DNA of 64,000 nucleotides from Eledone cirrhosa (Eukaryota), in NCBI GenBank assembly GCA_964016885.1, contig OZ024744.1, positions 132,804,001 to 132,868,000 of the forward strand. Direction: 5' to 3'. Under the pieces are notes generated by a model. That model ran no database searches. It was given only the letters and a program-made list of their open reading frames with translations, and was not told the origin of the DNA. The position numbers and the translations under genes are program-made. This document shows, piece after piece, positions 27,148-42,249 of the stretch. Every line of letters starts with the position of its first letter. Position 1 is the first letter of the stretch.

Positions 27148-30100
27148 AACCCCAACTTAACTTAACCCCAACTTAACTTAACCCCAACTTAACTTAACCC
27201 CAACTTAACTTAACCCCAACATAACTTAACCCCAACTTAAATTAACCCCAACTTAACTTAAACTCAACTTAACTAACCAACTTAACTTAACCCCAACTTA
27301 ACTTAACCCCAACTTAACTTAACCCCAACTTAACTTAACCCCAACTTAACTTAACCCCAACTTAAATTAACCCCAACTTAACTTAACCCCAACTTAACTT
27401 AACCCCGACTTAACTTAACCCCAACTTAACTTAACCCCAACTTAACTTAGCCCCAACTTAACTTAGCCCCAACTTAACTTAGCCCCAACTTAACTTAACC
27501 CCAACTTAACATAACCGCACCTTAACTTAACCTCAACTTAACTTAACTGCAACTTAACTTAACCCCAACTTAACTTAACCCCAACTTAACTCAACACCAA
27601 CTTAACTCAACCCCAACTTAACTCAACCCCAATTTAACTCAACCCCAACTTAACTCAACCCCAACTTAACTTAACCCCAACTTAACTGAACCCTAACTTA
27701 ACTTAACCCCGACTTAAATTAAGCCCAACTTAACTTAACCCCAACTTAACTCAGCCCCAACTTAACTTAGCCCTAACTTAACTTAACCCCAACTTAACTT
27801 AACCCCAACTTAATTAACCCCAACTTAAATTAACCCCAACTTAACTTAACACCAACTTAACATAACCCCATCTTAAATAAACCCCAACTTAAATTAACCC
27901 CAACTTAACTTAACCCCAACTTAACTTAACCCCAACTTAACTCAGCCCCAACTTAACTTAGCCCCAACTTAACTTAACCCCAACTTAACTTATCCCCAAC
28001 TTAACTTAACCCCAACTTAACTTTAACCCAACTTAACTTAACCCCAACTTAAACTATCCCCAACTTAACTTATCCCCAACTTAACTTAACCCCAACTTAA
28101 CTTAACCCCAACTTAACTTAACCCCAACTTAATTTAACCCCAACTTAACTTAACCTCAACTTAACTTAACCCCAACTTAACTTAACCCCAACTTAACTTA
28201 ACCCCAACTTAAATTAGCCCCAACTTAACTTAACCCCAACTTAAATTAACCCCAACTTAACTTAACCCCAACTTAACTTAACCCCGACTTAAATTAACCC
28301 CAACTTAACTTAACCCCAACTTAACTTAACCCCAACTTAACTTAACCACAAATTAACTTAACCCCAACTTAACTTAACCCCAACTTAACTTAACCCCAAC
28401 TTAACTTAACCCCAACTTCACTTAAACCTAACTTAACTTAACCCCAACTTAACCCCAACTTAACTTGACCCCAACTTAACTTAACCCCAACTTAACTCAA
28501 CCCCAACTTAACTTAACCCCAACTTCACTCAGCCCCAAACTTAACTCAGCCCCAACTTAACTTAGCCCCAACTTAACTTAACACCAACTTAACTTAACCC
28601 CAACTTAACTTAACCCCAACTTAACTTAACCCCAACTTAACTCAACCCCAACTTAACTTAACCCCAACTTAACTCAGCCCCAACTTAACTCAGCCCCAAC
28701 TTAACTTAGCCCCGACTTAACTTAACACCAACTTAACTTAACCCCAACTTAACTTAACCCCAACTTAACTTAACCCCAACTTAACTTATCCCCAACTTAA
28801 CTGAACCCCAACTTAACTTAACCCCAACTTAATATAACCCCAACTTAACTTAACCCCAACTTAACTCAACCCCAACTTAAATTAACCCCAACTTAACTTA
28901 ACCCCAACTTAACTTAACCCCAACTTAATTAACCCCAACTTAAATTAACCCCAACTTAACTTAACACCAACTTAACGTAACCCCAACTTAACTTAACCCC
29001 AACTTAACTTAAACCTAACTTAACTTAACCCCAACTTAACCCCAACTTAACTTGACCCCAACTTAACTTAACCCCAACTTAACTCAACCCCAACTTAACT
29101 TAACCCCAACTTAACTCAGCCCCAACTTAACTCAGCCCCAACTTAACTTAGCCCCAACTTAACTTAACACCAACTTAACTTAACCCCAACTTAACTTAAC
29201 CCCAACTTAACTTAACCCCAACTTAACTTATCCCCAACTTAACTGAACCCCAACTTAACTGAACCCCAACTTAAATTAACCCCAACTTAACTTAACCCCA
29301 ACTTAACTTAACCCCAACTTAACTCAACACCAACTTAACTCAACCCCAACTTAACTCAACCCCAATTTAACTCAACCCCAACATAACTCAACCCCAACTT
29401 AACTTAACCCCAACTTAACTGAACCCTAACTTAACTTAACCCCGACTTAACTTAACCCCGACTTAACTTAACCCCAACTTAACTTAACCCCAACTTAATT
29501 TAACCCCAACTTAACTTAACCCCAACTTAATTTAACCCCATCTTAACCCCAACTTAACTTAACCCCAACTTAACTGAACCCCAACTTAAATTAACCCCAA
29601 CTTAAATAAACCCCAACTTAACTTAACCCCAACTTAACTTAACCCCAACTTAACTTAACCCCAACTTAACTCAGCCCCAACTTAACTTAACCCCAACTTA
29701 ACTTAACCCCAACTTAACTTAACCCCAACTTAACTTAACCCCAACTTAACTTAACCCCAACTTAACTTAAACCCAACTTAACTTAACCCCAACTTAAATT
29801 ATCCCCAACTTAACTTATCCCCAACTTAACTTAACCCCAACTTAACTTAACCCCAACTTAACTTAACCCCAACTTAATTTAACCCCAACTTAACTTAACC
29901 TCAACTTAACTTAACCCCAACTTAACTTAACCCCATCTTAACTTAACCCCAACTTAACTTAACCCCAACTTAACTTAACCCCAACTTAAATTAACCCCAA
30001 CTTAACTTAACCCCAACTTAACTTAACCCCGACTTAACTTAACCCCAACTTAACTTAACCCCAACTTAACTTAACCCCAACTTAACCCCAACTTAACTTG

Positions 30101-31124
30101 ACCCCAACTTAACTTAACCCCAACTTAACTCAACCCCAACTTAACTTAACCCCAACTTAACTCAGCCCCAACTTAACTCAGCCCCAACTTAACTTAGCCC
30201 CAACTTAACTTAACACCAACTTAACTTAACCCCACCTTAACTTAACCCCAACTTAACTTAACCCCAACTTAACTTATCCCCAACTTAACTGAACCCCAAC
30301 TTAACTTAACCCCAACTTAATATAACCCCAACTTAACTTAACCCCAACTTAACTCAACCCCAACTTAAATTAACCCCAACTTAACTTAACCCCAACTTAA
30401 CTTAACCCCAACTTAATTAACCCCAACTTAAATTAACCCCAACTTAACTTAACACCAACTTAACGTAACCCCAACTTAATTTAACCCCAACTTAAATTAA
30501 CCCCAACTTAACTTGCCCCCAACTTAACTTACCCCCAACGTAACTTAACCCCAACTTAATTTAACCCCAACTTAATTTAACCCCAACTTAACTTAACCCC
30601 AAATTAACTCAACCCCAACTTAACTCAACCCCAACTTAACTTAACCCCAACTTAACTTAACCCCAACTTAACTTAACCACAAATTAACTTAGCCCCAACT
30701 TAAATTAACCCCAACTTAACTCAACCACAACTTAACTTAACCCCGACCTAACTTAACCCCAACTTAACTTAACCCCAACTTAACTTAACCCCAACTTCAC
30801 TCAACCCCAACTTAACTCAACCCCAACTTAACCCCAACTTAACTTAACCCCAACTTAAATTAACCACAAAGTTAACTTAACCCCAATTTAAATTAACCCC
30901 AACTTAACTTAACCCCAACTTAACATAACCACCACTTAATTAACCCCAACTTAACTCAACCCCAACTTAACTTAACCCTAACTTAACTTAACCCCAACTT
31001 AACCGCAACTTAACTTAACCCCAACTTAACTTACCCCCAACTTAACTTACCCCCAACTTAACTGAACCCCAACTTAAGTTAAGCCTAACTTAACTTAACG
31101 CCAACTTAACTTAACCCCGACTTA

Positions 31125-31297
31125 GGGCTTAAGTTAAGTTGGGGCTAAGTTAAGTTGGGGTTAAGTCAAGTTGGAAGTTGTGGTTGAGTGAAGTTGGGGT
31201 TAAGTTAAGTTGGGGTTGAGTGAAGTTGGGGTTAAGTTAAGTTGGGGTTGAGTTAAGTTGGGGTTGAGTGAAGTTGGGGTTAAGTTAAGTTGGGGTT
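31125..31297 (-). repeat. 173-bp inverted satellite island, copy 5 (TAAG allele)
   Basis: Same junctions and length as copy 2. It shares the downstream markers AACATAACTGC, CAAGTTAACTC and AATACC with copies 2 and 6. Confidence 0.97.
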
Positions 31298-33361
31298 AAC
31301 CCCAACTTAACTTAACCCCAACTTAACTTAACCCCAACTTAACTTAACCCCAACTTAACTTAACCCCAACATAACTTAACCCCAACTTAAATTAACCCCA
31401 ACTTAACTTAAACTCAACTTAACTAACCAACTTAACTTAACCCCAACTTAACTTAACCCCAACTTAACTTAACCCCAACTTAACTTAACCCCAACTTAAC
31501 TTAACCCCAACTTAAATTAACCCCAACTTAACTTAACCCCAACTTAACTTAACCCCGACTTAACTTAACCCCAACTTAACTTAACCCCAACTTAACTTAG
31601 CCCCAACTTAACTTAGCCCCAACTTAACTTAGCCCCAACTTAACTTAACCCCAACTTAACATAACCGCACCTTAACTTAACCTCAACTTAACATAACTGC
31701 AACTTAACTTAACCCCAACTTAACTTAACCCCAACTTAACTCAACACCAACTTAACTCAACCCCAACTTAACTCAACCCCAATTTAACTCAACCCCAAGT
31801 TAACTCAACCCCAACTTAACTTAACCCCAACTTAACTGAACCCTAACTTAACTTAACCCCGACTTAAATTAAGCCCAACTTAACTTAACCCCAACTTAAC
31901 TCAGCCCCAACTTAACTTAGCCCTAACTTAACTTAACCCCAACTTAACTTAACCCCAACTTAATTAACCCCAACTTAAATTAACCCCAACTTAACTTAAT
32001 ACCAACTTAACGTAACCCCATCTTAAATAAACCCCAACTTAAATTAACCCCAACTTAACTTAACCCCAACTTAACTTAACCCCAACTTAACTCAGCCCCA
32101 ACTTAACTTAGCCCCAACTTAACTTAACCCCAACTTAACTTAACCCCAACTTAACTTAACCCCAACTTAACTTATCCCCAACTTAACTTAACCCCAACTT
32201 AACTTAAACCCAACTTAACTTAACCCCAACTTAAACTATCCCCAACTTAACTTATCCCCAACTTAACTTAACCCCAACTTAACTTAACCCCAACTTAACT
32301 TAACCCCAACTTAATTTAACCCCAACTTAACTTAACCTCAACTTAACTTAACCCCAACTTAACTTAACCCCAACTTAACTTAACCCCAACTTAAATTAGC
32401 CCCAACTTAACTTAACCCCAACTTAAATTAACCCCAACTTAACTTAACCCCAACTTAACTTAACCCCGACTTAAATTAACCCCAACTTAACTTAACCCCA
32501 ACTTAACTTAACCCCAACTTAACTTAACCACAAATTAACTTAACCCCAACTTAACTTAACCCCAACTTAACTTAACCCCAACTTAACTTAACCCCAACTT
32601 AACTTAACCCCAACTTAACTTAAACCTAACTTAACTTAACCCCAACTTAACCCCAACTTAACTTGACCCCAACTTAACTTAACCCCAACTTAACTCAACC
32701 CCAACTTAACTTAACCCCAACTTCACTCAGCCCCAACTTAACTCAGCCCCAACTTAACTTAGCCCCAACTTAACTTAACACCAACTTAACTTAACCCCAA
32801 CTTAACCCCAACTTAACTTAACCCCAACTTAACTCAACCCCAACTTAACTTAACCCCAACTTAACTCAGCCCCAACTTAACTCAGCCCCAACTTAACTTA
32901 GCCCCAACTTAACTTAACACCAACTTAACTTAACCCCAACTTAACTTAACCCCAACTTATCTTAACCCCAACTTAACTTATCCCCAACTTAACTGAACCC
33001 CAACTTAACTTAACCCCAACTTAATATAACCCCAACTTAACTTAACCCCAACTTAACTCAACCCCAACTTAAATTAACCCCAACTTAACTTAACCCCAAC
33101 TTAACTTAACCCCAACTTAATTAACCCCAACTTAAATTAACCCCAACTTAACTTAACACCAACTTAACGTAACCCCAACTTAACTTAACCCCAACTTAAC
33201 TTAAACCTAACTTAACTTAACCCCAACTTAACCCCAACTTAACTTGACCCCAACTTAACTTAACCCCAACTTAACTCAACCCCAACTTAACTTAACCCCA
33301 ACTTAACTCAGCCCCAACTTAACTCAGCCCCAACTTAACTTAGCCCCAACTTAACTTAACA

Positions 33362-36300
33362 CCAACTTAACTTAACCCCAACTTAACTTAACCCCAACTT
33401 AACTTAACCCCAACTTAACTTATCCCCAACTTAACTGAACCCCAACTTAACTGAACCCCAACTTAAATTAACCCCAACTTAACTTAACCCCAACTTAACT
33501 TAACCCCAACTTAACTTAACCCCAACTTAACTCAACCCCAACTTAACTTAACCCCAACTTAACTCAGCCCCAACTTAACTCAGCCCCAACTTAACTTAGC
33601 CCCAACTTAACTTAACACCAACTTAACTTAACCCCAACTTAACTTAACCCCAACTTAACTTAACCCCAACTTAACTTATCCCCAACTTAACTGAACCCCA
33701 ACTTAACTTAACCCCAACTTAATATAACCCCAACTTAACTTAACCCCAACTTAACTCAACCCCAACTTAAATTAACCCCAACTTAACTTAACCCCAACTT
33801 AACTTAACCCCAACTTAATTAACCCCAACTTAAATTAACCCCAACTTAACTTAACACCAACTTAACGTAACCCCAACTTAACTTAACCCCAACTTAACTT
33901 AAACCTAACTTAACTTAACCCCAACTTAACCCCAACTTAACTTGACCCCAACTTAACTTAACCCCAACTTAACTCAACCCCAACTTAACTTAACCCCAAC
34001 TTAACTCAGCCCCAACTTAACTCAGCCCCAACTTAACTTAGCCCCAACTTAACTTAACACCAACTTAACTTAACCCCAACTTAACTTAACCCCAACTTAA
34101 CTTAACCCCAACTTAACTTATCCCCAACTTAACTGAACCCCAACTTAACTGAACCCCAACTTAAATTAACCCCAACTTAACTTAACCCCAACTTAACTTA
34201 ACCCCAACTTAACTCAACACCAACTTAACTCAACCCCAACTTAACTCAACCCCAATTTAACTCAACCCCAACTTAACTCAACCCCAACTTAACTTAACCC
34301 CAACTTAACTGAACCCTAACTTAACTTAACCCCGACTTAACATAACCCCGACTTAACTTAACCCCAACTTAACTTAACCCCAACTTAACTTAACCCCAAC
34401 TTAACTTAACCCCAACTTAATTTAACCCCATCTTAACCCCAACTTAACTTAACCCCAACTTAACTGAACCCCAACTTAAATTAACCCCAACTTAAATAAA
34501 CCCCAACTTAACTTAACCCCAACTTAACTTAACCCCAACTTAACTTAACCCCAACTTAACTCAGCCCCAACTTAACTTAGCCCCAACTTAACTTAACCCC
34601 AACTTAACTTAACCCCAACTTAACTTAACCCCAACTTAACTTAACCCCAACTTAACTTAACCCCAATTTAACTTAAACCCAACTTAACTTAACCCCAACT
34701 TAAATTATCCCCAACTTAACTTATCCCCAACTTAACTTAACCCCAACTTAACTTAACCCCAACTTAACTTAACCCCAACTTAATTTAACCCCAACTTAAC
34801 TTAACCTCAACTTAACTTAACCCCAACTTAACTTAACCCCATCTTAACTTAACCCCAACTTAACTTAACCCCAACTTAACTTAACCCCAACTTAAATTAA
34901 CCCCAACTTAACTTAACCCCAACTTAACTTAACCCCCACTTAACTTAACCCCAACTTAACTTAACCCCAACTTAACTTAACCCCAACTTAACCCCAACTT
35001 AACTTGACCCCAACTTAACTTAACCCCAACTTAACTCAACCCCAACTTAACTTAACCCCAACTTAACTCAGCCCCAACTTAACTCAGCCCCAACTTAACT
35101 TAGCCCCAACTTAACTCAACCCCAACTTAACTCAACCCCAATTTAACTCAACCCCAAGTTAACTCAACCCCAACTTAACTTAACCCCAACTTAACTGAAC
35201 CCTAACTTAACTTAACCCCGACTTAAATTAAGCCCAACTTAACTTAACCCCAACTTAACTCAGCCCCAACTTAACTTAGCCCTAACTTAACTTAACCCCA
35301 ACTTAACTTAACCCCAACTTAATTAACCCCAACTTAAATTAACCCCAACTTAACTTAATACCAACTTAACGTAACCCCATCTTAAATAAACCCCAACTTA
35401 AATTAACCCCAACTTAACTTAACCCCAACTTAACTTAACCCCAACTTAACTCAGCCCCAACTTAACTTAGCCCCAACTTAACTTAACCCCAACTTAACTT
35501 AACCCCAACTTAACTTAACCCCAACTTAACTTATCCCCAACTTAACTTAACCCCAACTTAACTTAAACCCAACTTAACTTAACCCCAACTTAAACTATCC
35601 CCAACTTAACTTATCCCCAACTTAACTTAACCCCAACTTAACTTAACCCCAACTTAACTTAACCCCAACTTAATTTAACCCCAACTTAACTTAACCTCAA
35701 CTTAACTTAACCCCAACTTAACTTAACCCCAACTTAACTTAACCCCAACTTAAATTAGCCCCAACTTAACTTAACCCCAACTTAAATTAACCCCAACTTA
35801 ACTTAACCCCAACTTAACTTAACCCCGACTTAAATTAACCCCAACTTAACTTAACCCCAACTTAACTTAACCCCAACTTAACTTAACCACAAATTAACTT
35901 AACCCCAACTTAACTTAACCCCAACTTAACTTAACCCCAACTTAACTTAACCCCAACTTAACTTAACCCCAACTTAACTTAAACCTAACTTAACTTAACC
36001 CCAACTTAACCCCAACTTAACTTGACCCCAACTTAACTTAACTCCAACTTAACTCAACCCCAACTTAACTTAACCCCAACTTCACTCAGCCCCAACTTAA
36101 CTCAGCCCCAACTTAACTTAGCCCCAACTTAACTTAACACCAACTTAACTTAACCCCAACTTAACCCCAACTTAACTTAACCCCAATTTAACTCAACCCC
36201 AACTTAACTTAACCCCAACTTAACTCAGCCCCAACTTAACTCAGCCCCAACTTAACTTAGCCCCAACTTAACTTAACACCAACTTAACTTAACCCCAACT

Positions 36301-39300
36301 TAACTTAACCCCAACTTAACTTAACCCCAACTTAACTTATCCCCAACTTAACTGAACCCCAACTTAACTTAACCCCAACTTAATATAACCCCAACTTAAC
36401 TTAACCCCAACTTAACTCAACCCCAACTTAACTTAACCCCAACTTAACTTAACCCCAACTTAATTAACCCCAACTTAAATTAACCCCAACTTAACTTAAC
36501 ACCAACTTAACGTAACCCCAACTTAACTTAACCCCAACTTAACTTAAACCTAACTTATCTTAACCCCAACTTAACCCCAACTTAACTTGACCCCAACTTA
36601 ACTTAACCCCAACTTAACTCAACCCCAACTTAACTTAACCCCAACTTAACTCAGCCCCAACTTAACTCAGCCCCAACTTAACTTAGCCCCAACTTAACTT
36701 AACCCCAACTTAACTTAACCCCAACTTAACTTAACCCCAACTTAACTTATCCCCAACTTAACTGAACCCCAACTTAACTGAACCCCAACTTAAATTAACC
36801 CCAACTTAACTTAACCCCAACTTAACTTAACCCCAACTTAACTCAACACCAACTTAACTCAACCCCAACTTAACTCAACCCCAATTTAACTCAACCCCAA
36901 CTTAACTCAACCCCAACTTAACTTAACCCCAACTTAACTGAACCCTAACTTAACTTAACCCCGACTTAACTTAACCCCGACTTAACTTAACCCCAACTTA
37001 ACTTAACCCCAACTTAACTTAACCCCAACTTAACTTAACCCCAACTTAATTTAACCCCATCTTAACCCCAACTTAACTTAACCCCAACTTAACTGAACCC
37101 CAACTTAAATTAACCCCAACTTAAATAAACCCCAACTTAACTTAACCCCAACTTAACTTAACCCCAACTTAACTTAACCCCAACTTAACTTAACCCCAAC
37201 TTAACTTATCCCCAACTTAACTGAACCCCAACTTAACTGAACCCCAACTTAAATTAACCCCAACTTAACTTAACCCCAACTTAACTTAACCCCAACTTAA
37301 CTTAACCCCAACTTAACTCAACCCCAACTTAACTTAACCCCAACTTAACTCAGCCCCAACTTAACTCAGCCCCAACTTAACTTAGCCCCAACTTAACTTA
37401 ACACCAACTTAACTTAACCCCAACTTAACTTAACCCCAACTTAACTTAACCCCAACTTAACTTATCCCCAACTTAACTGAACCCCAACTTAACTTAACCC
37501 CAACTTAATATAACCCCAACTTAACTTAACCCCAACTTAACTCAACCCCAACTTAAATTAACCCCAACTTAACTTAACCCCAACTTAACTTAACCCCAAC
37601 TTAATTAACCCCAACTTAAATTAACCCCAACTTAACTTAACACCAACTTAACGTAACCCCAACTTAACTTAACCCCAACTTAACTTAAACCTAACTTAAC
37701 TTAACCCCAACTTAACCCCAACTTAACTTGACCCCAACTTAACTTAACCCCAACTTAACTCAACCCCAACTTAACTTAACCCCAACTTAACTCAGCCCCA
37801 ACTTAACTCAGCCCCAACTTAACTTAGCCCCAACTTAACTTAACACCAACTTAACTTAACCCCAACTTAACTTAACCCCAACTTAACTTAACCCCAACTT
37901 AACTTATCCCCAACTTAACTGAACCCCAACTTAACTGAACCCCAACTTAAATTAACCCCAACTTAACTTAACCCCAACTTAACTTAACCCCAACTTAACT
38001 CAACACCAACTTAACTCAACCCCAACTTCACTCAACCCCAATTTAACTCAACCCCAACTTAACTCAACCCCAACTTAACTTAACCCCAACTTAACTGAAC
38101 CCTAACTTAACTTAACCCCGACTTAACATAACCCCGACTTAACTTAACCCCAACTTAACTTAACCCCAACTTAACTTAACCCCAACTTAACTTAACCCCA
38201 ACTTAATTTAACCCCATCTTAACCCCAACTTAACTTAACCCCAACTTAACTGAACCCCAACTTAAATTAACCCCAACTTAAATAAACCCCAACTTAACTT
38301 AACCCCAACTTAACTTAACCCCAACTTAACTTAACCCCAACTTAACTCAGCCCCAACTTAACTTAGCCCCAACTTAACTTAACCCCAACTTAACTTAACC
38401 CCAACTTAACTTAACCCCAACTTAACTTAACCCCAACTTAACTTAACCCCAATTTAACTTAAACCCAACTTAACTTAACCCCAACTTAAATTATCCACAA
38501 CTTAACTTATCCCCAACTTAACTTAACCCCAACTTAACTTAACCCCAACTTAACTTAACCCCAACTTAATTTAACCCCAACTTAACTTAACCTCAACTTA
38601 ACTTAACCCCAACTTAACTTAACCCCATCTTAACTTAACCCCAACTTAACTTAACCCCAACTTAACTTAACCCCAACTTAAATTAACCCCAACTTAACTT
38701 AACCCCAACTTAACTTAACCCCCACTTAACTTAACCCCAACTTAACTTAACCCCAACTTAACTTAACCCCAACTTAACCCCAACTTAACTGAACCCCAAC
38801 TTAACTTAACCCCAACTTAACTCAACCCCAACTTAACTTAACCCCAACTTAACTCAGCCCCAACTTAACTCAGCCCCAACTTAACTTAGCCCCAACTTAA
38901 CTCAACCCCAACTTAACTCAACCCCAATTTAACTCAACCCCAAGTTAACTCAACCCCAACTTAACTTAACCCCAACTTAACTGAACCCTAACTTAACTTA
39001 ACCCCGACTTAAATTAAGCCCAACTTAACTTAACCCCAACTTAACTCAGCCCCAACTTAACTTAGCCCTAACTTAACTTAACCCCAACTTAACTTAACCC
39101 CAACTTAATTAACCCCAACTTAAATTAACCCCAACTTAACTTAATACCAACTTAACGTAACCCCATCTTAAATAAACCCCAACTTAAATTAACCCCAACT
39201 TAACTTAACCCCAACTTAACTTAACCCCAACTTAACTCAGCCCCAACTTAACTTAGCCCCAACTTAACTTAACCCCAACTTAACTTAACCCCAACTTAAC

Positions 39301-42090
39301 TTAACCCCAACTTAACTTATCCCCAACTTAACTTAACCCCAACTTAACTTAAACCCAACTTAACTTAACCCCAACTTAAACTATCCCCAACTTAACTTAA
39401 CCCCAACTTAACTCAACACCAACTTAACTCAACCCCAACTTAACTCAACCCCAATTTAACTCAACCCCAACTTAACTCAACCCCAACTTAACTTAACCCC
39501 AACTTAACTGAACCCTAACTTAACTTAACCCCGACTTAACATAACCCCGACTTAACTTAACCCCAACTTAACTTAACCCCAACTTAACTTAACCCCAACT
39601 TAACTTAACCCCAACTTAATTTAACCCCATCTTAACCCCAACTTAACTTAACCCCAACTTAACTGAACCCCAACTTAAATTAACCCCAACTTAAATAAAC
39701 CCCAACTTAACTTAACCCCAACTTAACTTAACCCCAACTTAACTTAACCCCAACTTAACTCAGCCCCAACTTAACTTAGCCCCAACTTAACTTAACCCCA
39801 ACTTAACTTAACCCCAACTTAACTTAACCCCAACTTAACTTAACCCCAACTTAACTTAACCCCAATTTAACTTAAACCCAACTTAACTTAACCCCAACTT
39901 AAATTATCCACAACTTAACTTATCCCCAACTTAACTTAACCCCAACTTAACTTAACCCCAACTTAACTTAACCCCAACTTAATTTAACCCCAACTTAACT
40001 TAACCTCAACTTAACTTAACCCCAACTTAACTTAACCCCATCTTAACTTAACCCCAACTTAACTTAACCCCAACTTAACTTAACCCCAACTTAAATTAAC
40101 CCCAACTTAACTTAACCCCAACTTAACTTAACCCCCACTTAACTTAACCCCAACTTAACTTAACCCCAACTTAACTTAACCCCAACTTAACCCCAACTTA
40201 ACTGAACCCCAACTTAACTTAACCCCAACTTAACTCAACCCCAACTTAACTTAACCCCAACTTAACTCAGCCCCAACTTAACTCAGCCCCAACTTAACTT
40301 AGCCCCAACTTAACTCAACCCCAACTTAACTCAACCCCAATTTAACTCAACCCCAAGTTAACTCAACCCCAACTTAACTTAACCCCAACTTAACTGAACC
40401 CTAACTTAACTTAACCCCGACTTAAATTAAGCCCAACTTAACTTAACCCCAACTTAACTCAGCCCCAACTTAACTTAGCCCTAACTTAACTTAACCCCAA
40501 CTTAACTTAACCCCAACTTAATTAACCCCAACTTAAATTAACCCCAACTTAACTTAATACCAACTTAACGTAACCCCATCTTAAATAAACCCCAACTTAA
40601 ATTAACCCCAACTTAACTTAACCCCAACTTAACTTAACCCCAACTTAACTCAGCCCCAACTTAACTTAGCCCCAACTTAACTTAACCCCAACTTAACTTA
40701 ACCCCAACTTAACTTAACCCCAACTTAACTTATCCCCAACTTAACTTAACCCCAACTTAACTTAAACCCAACTTAACTTAACCCCAACTTAAACTATCCC
40801 CAACTTAACTTATCCCCAACTTAACTTAACCCCAACTTAACTTAACCCCAACTTAACTTAACCCCAACTTAATTTAACCCCAACTTAACTTAACCTCAAC
40901 TTAACTTAACCCCAACTTAACTTAACCCCAACTTAACTTAACCCCAACTTAAATTAGCCCCAACTTAACTTAACCCCAACTTAAATTAACCCCAACTTAA
41001 CTTAACCCCAACTTAACTTAACCCCGACTTAAATTAACCCCAACTTAACTTAACCCCAACTTAACTTAACCCCAACTTAACTTAACCACAAATTAACTTA
41101 ACCCCAACTTAACTTAACCCCAACTTAACTTAACCCCAACTTAACTTAACCCCAACTTAACTTAACCCCAACTTAACTTAAACCTAACTTAACTTAACCC
41201 CAACTTAACCCCAACTTAACTTGACCCCAACTTAACTTAACCCCAACTTAACTCAACCCCAACTTAACTTAACCCCAACTTCACTCAGCCCCAACTTAAC
41301 TCAGCCCCAACTTAACTTAGCCCCAACTTAACTTAACACCAACTTAACTTAACCCCAACTTAACCCCAACTTAACTTAACCCCAATTTAACTCAACCCCA
41401 ACTTAACTTAACCCCAACTTAACTCAGCCCCAACTTAACTCAGCCCCAACTTAACTTAGCCCCAACTTAACTTAACACCAACTTAACTTAACCCCAACTT
41501 AACTTAACCCCAACTTAACTTAACCCCAACTTAACTTATCCCCAACTTAACTGAACCCCAACTTAACTTAACCCCAACTTAATATAACCCCAACTTAACT
41601 TAACCCCAACTTAACTCAACCCCAACTTAACTTAACCCCAACTTAACTTAACCCCAACTTAATTAACCCCAACTTAAATTAACCCCAACTTAACTTAACA
41701 CCAACTTAACGTAACCCCAACTTAACTTAACCCCAACTTAACTTAAACCTAACTTATCTTAACCCCAACTTAACCCCAACTTAACTTGACCCCAACTTAA
41801 CTTAACCCCAACTTAACTCAACCCCAACTTAACTTAACCCCAACTTAACTCAGCCCCAACTTAACTCAGCCCCAACTTAACTTAGCCCCAACTTAACTTA
41901 ACCCCAACTTAACTTAACCCCAACTTAACTTAACCCCAACTTAACTCATCCCCAACTTAACTGAACCCCAACTTAACTGAACCCCAACTTAAATTAACCC
42001 CAACTTAACTTAACCCCAACTTAACTTAACCCCAACTTAACTCAACACCAACTTAACTCAACCCCAACTTAACTCAACCCCAATTTAACT
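33362..42090 (+). repeat. Tandem duplication, period 3786 bp, whose second copy contains a nested 1413-bp duplication
   Basis: CATAACCCCG 34341/38127, AACCCCCACT 34931/38717 and TATCCCC 33421/37207 are all offset by +3786. Past the nested duplication the offset becomes 5199 = 3786+1413 (TAACTTATCT 36551/41750). Confidence 0.85.
37985..40810 (+). repeat. Nested tandem duplication, period 1413 bp
   Basis: TTATCCAC 38491/39904, AACATA 38125/39538 and CTATCCCC 39381/40794 are all offset by +1413. Edges are approximate. Confidence 0.88.
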
Positions 42091-42249
42091 TAACCCCAAC
42101 TTAACTTAACCCCATCTTAACTTAACCCCAACTTAACTTAACCCCAACTTAACTTAACCCCAACTTAATTTAACCCCAACTTAACTTAACCTCAACTTAA
42201 CTTAACCCCAACTTAACTTAACCCCATCTTAACTTAACCCCAACTTAAC

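Larger units (their letters stand above)
18036..27828 (+). repeat. Near-identical tandem duplication, period 4944 bp (about 18036-22884 and 22980-27828)
   Basis: Private markers recur at exactly +4944: CTCAATATA 18897/23841, TATCACC 21181/26125, island start 22031/26975 and CCCCATCT 18101/23045. TTGGCCCC, CACAAGG and AAGCTT are also shared only by these two copies. Confidence 0.92.
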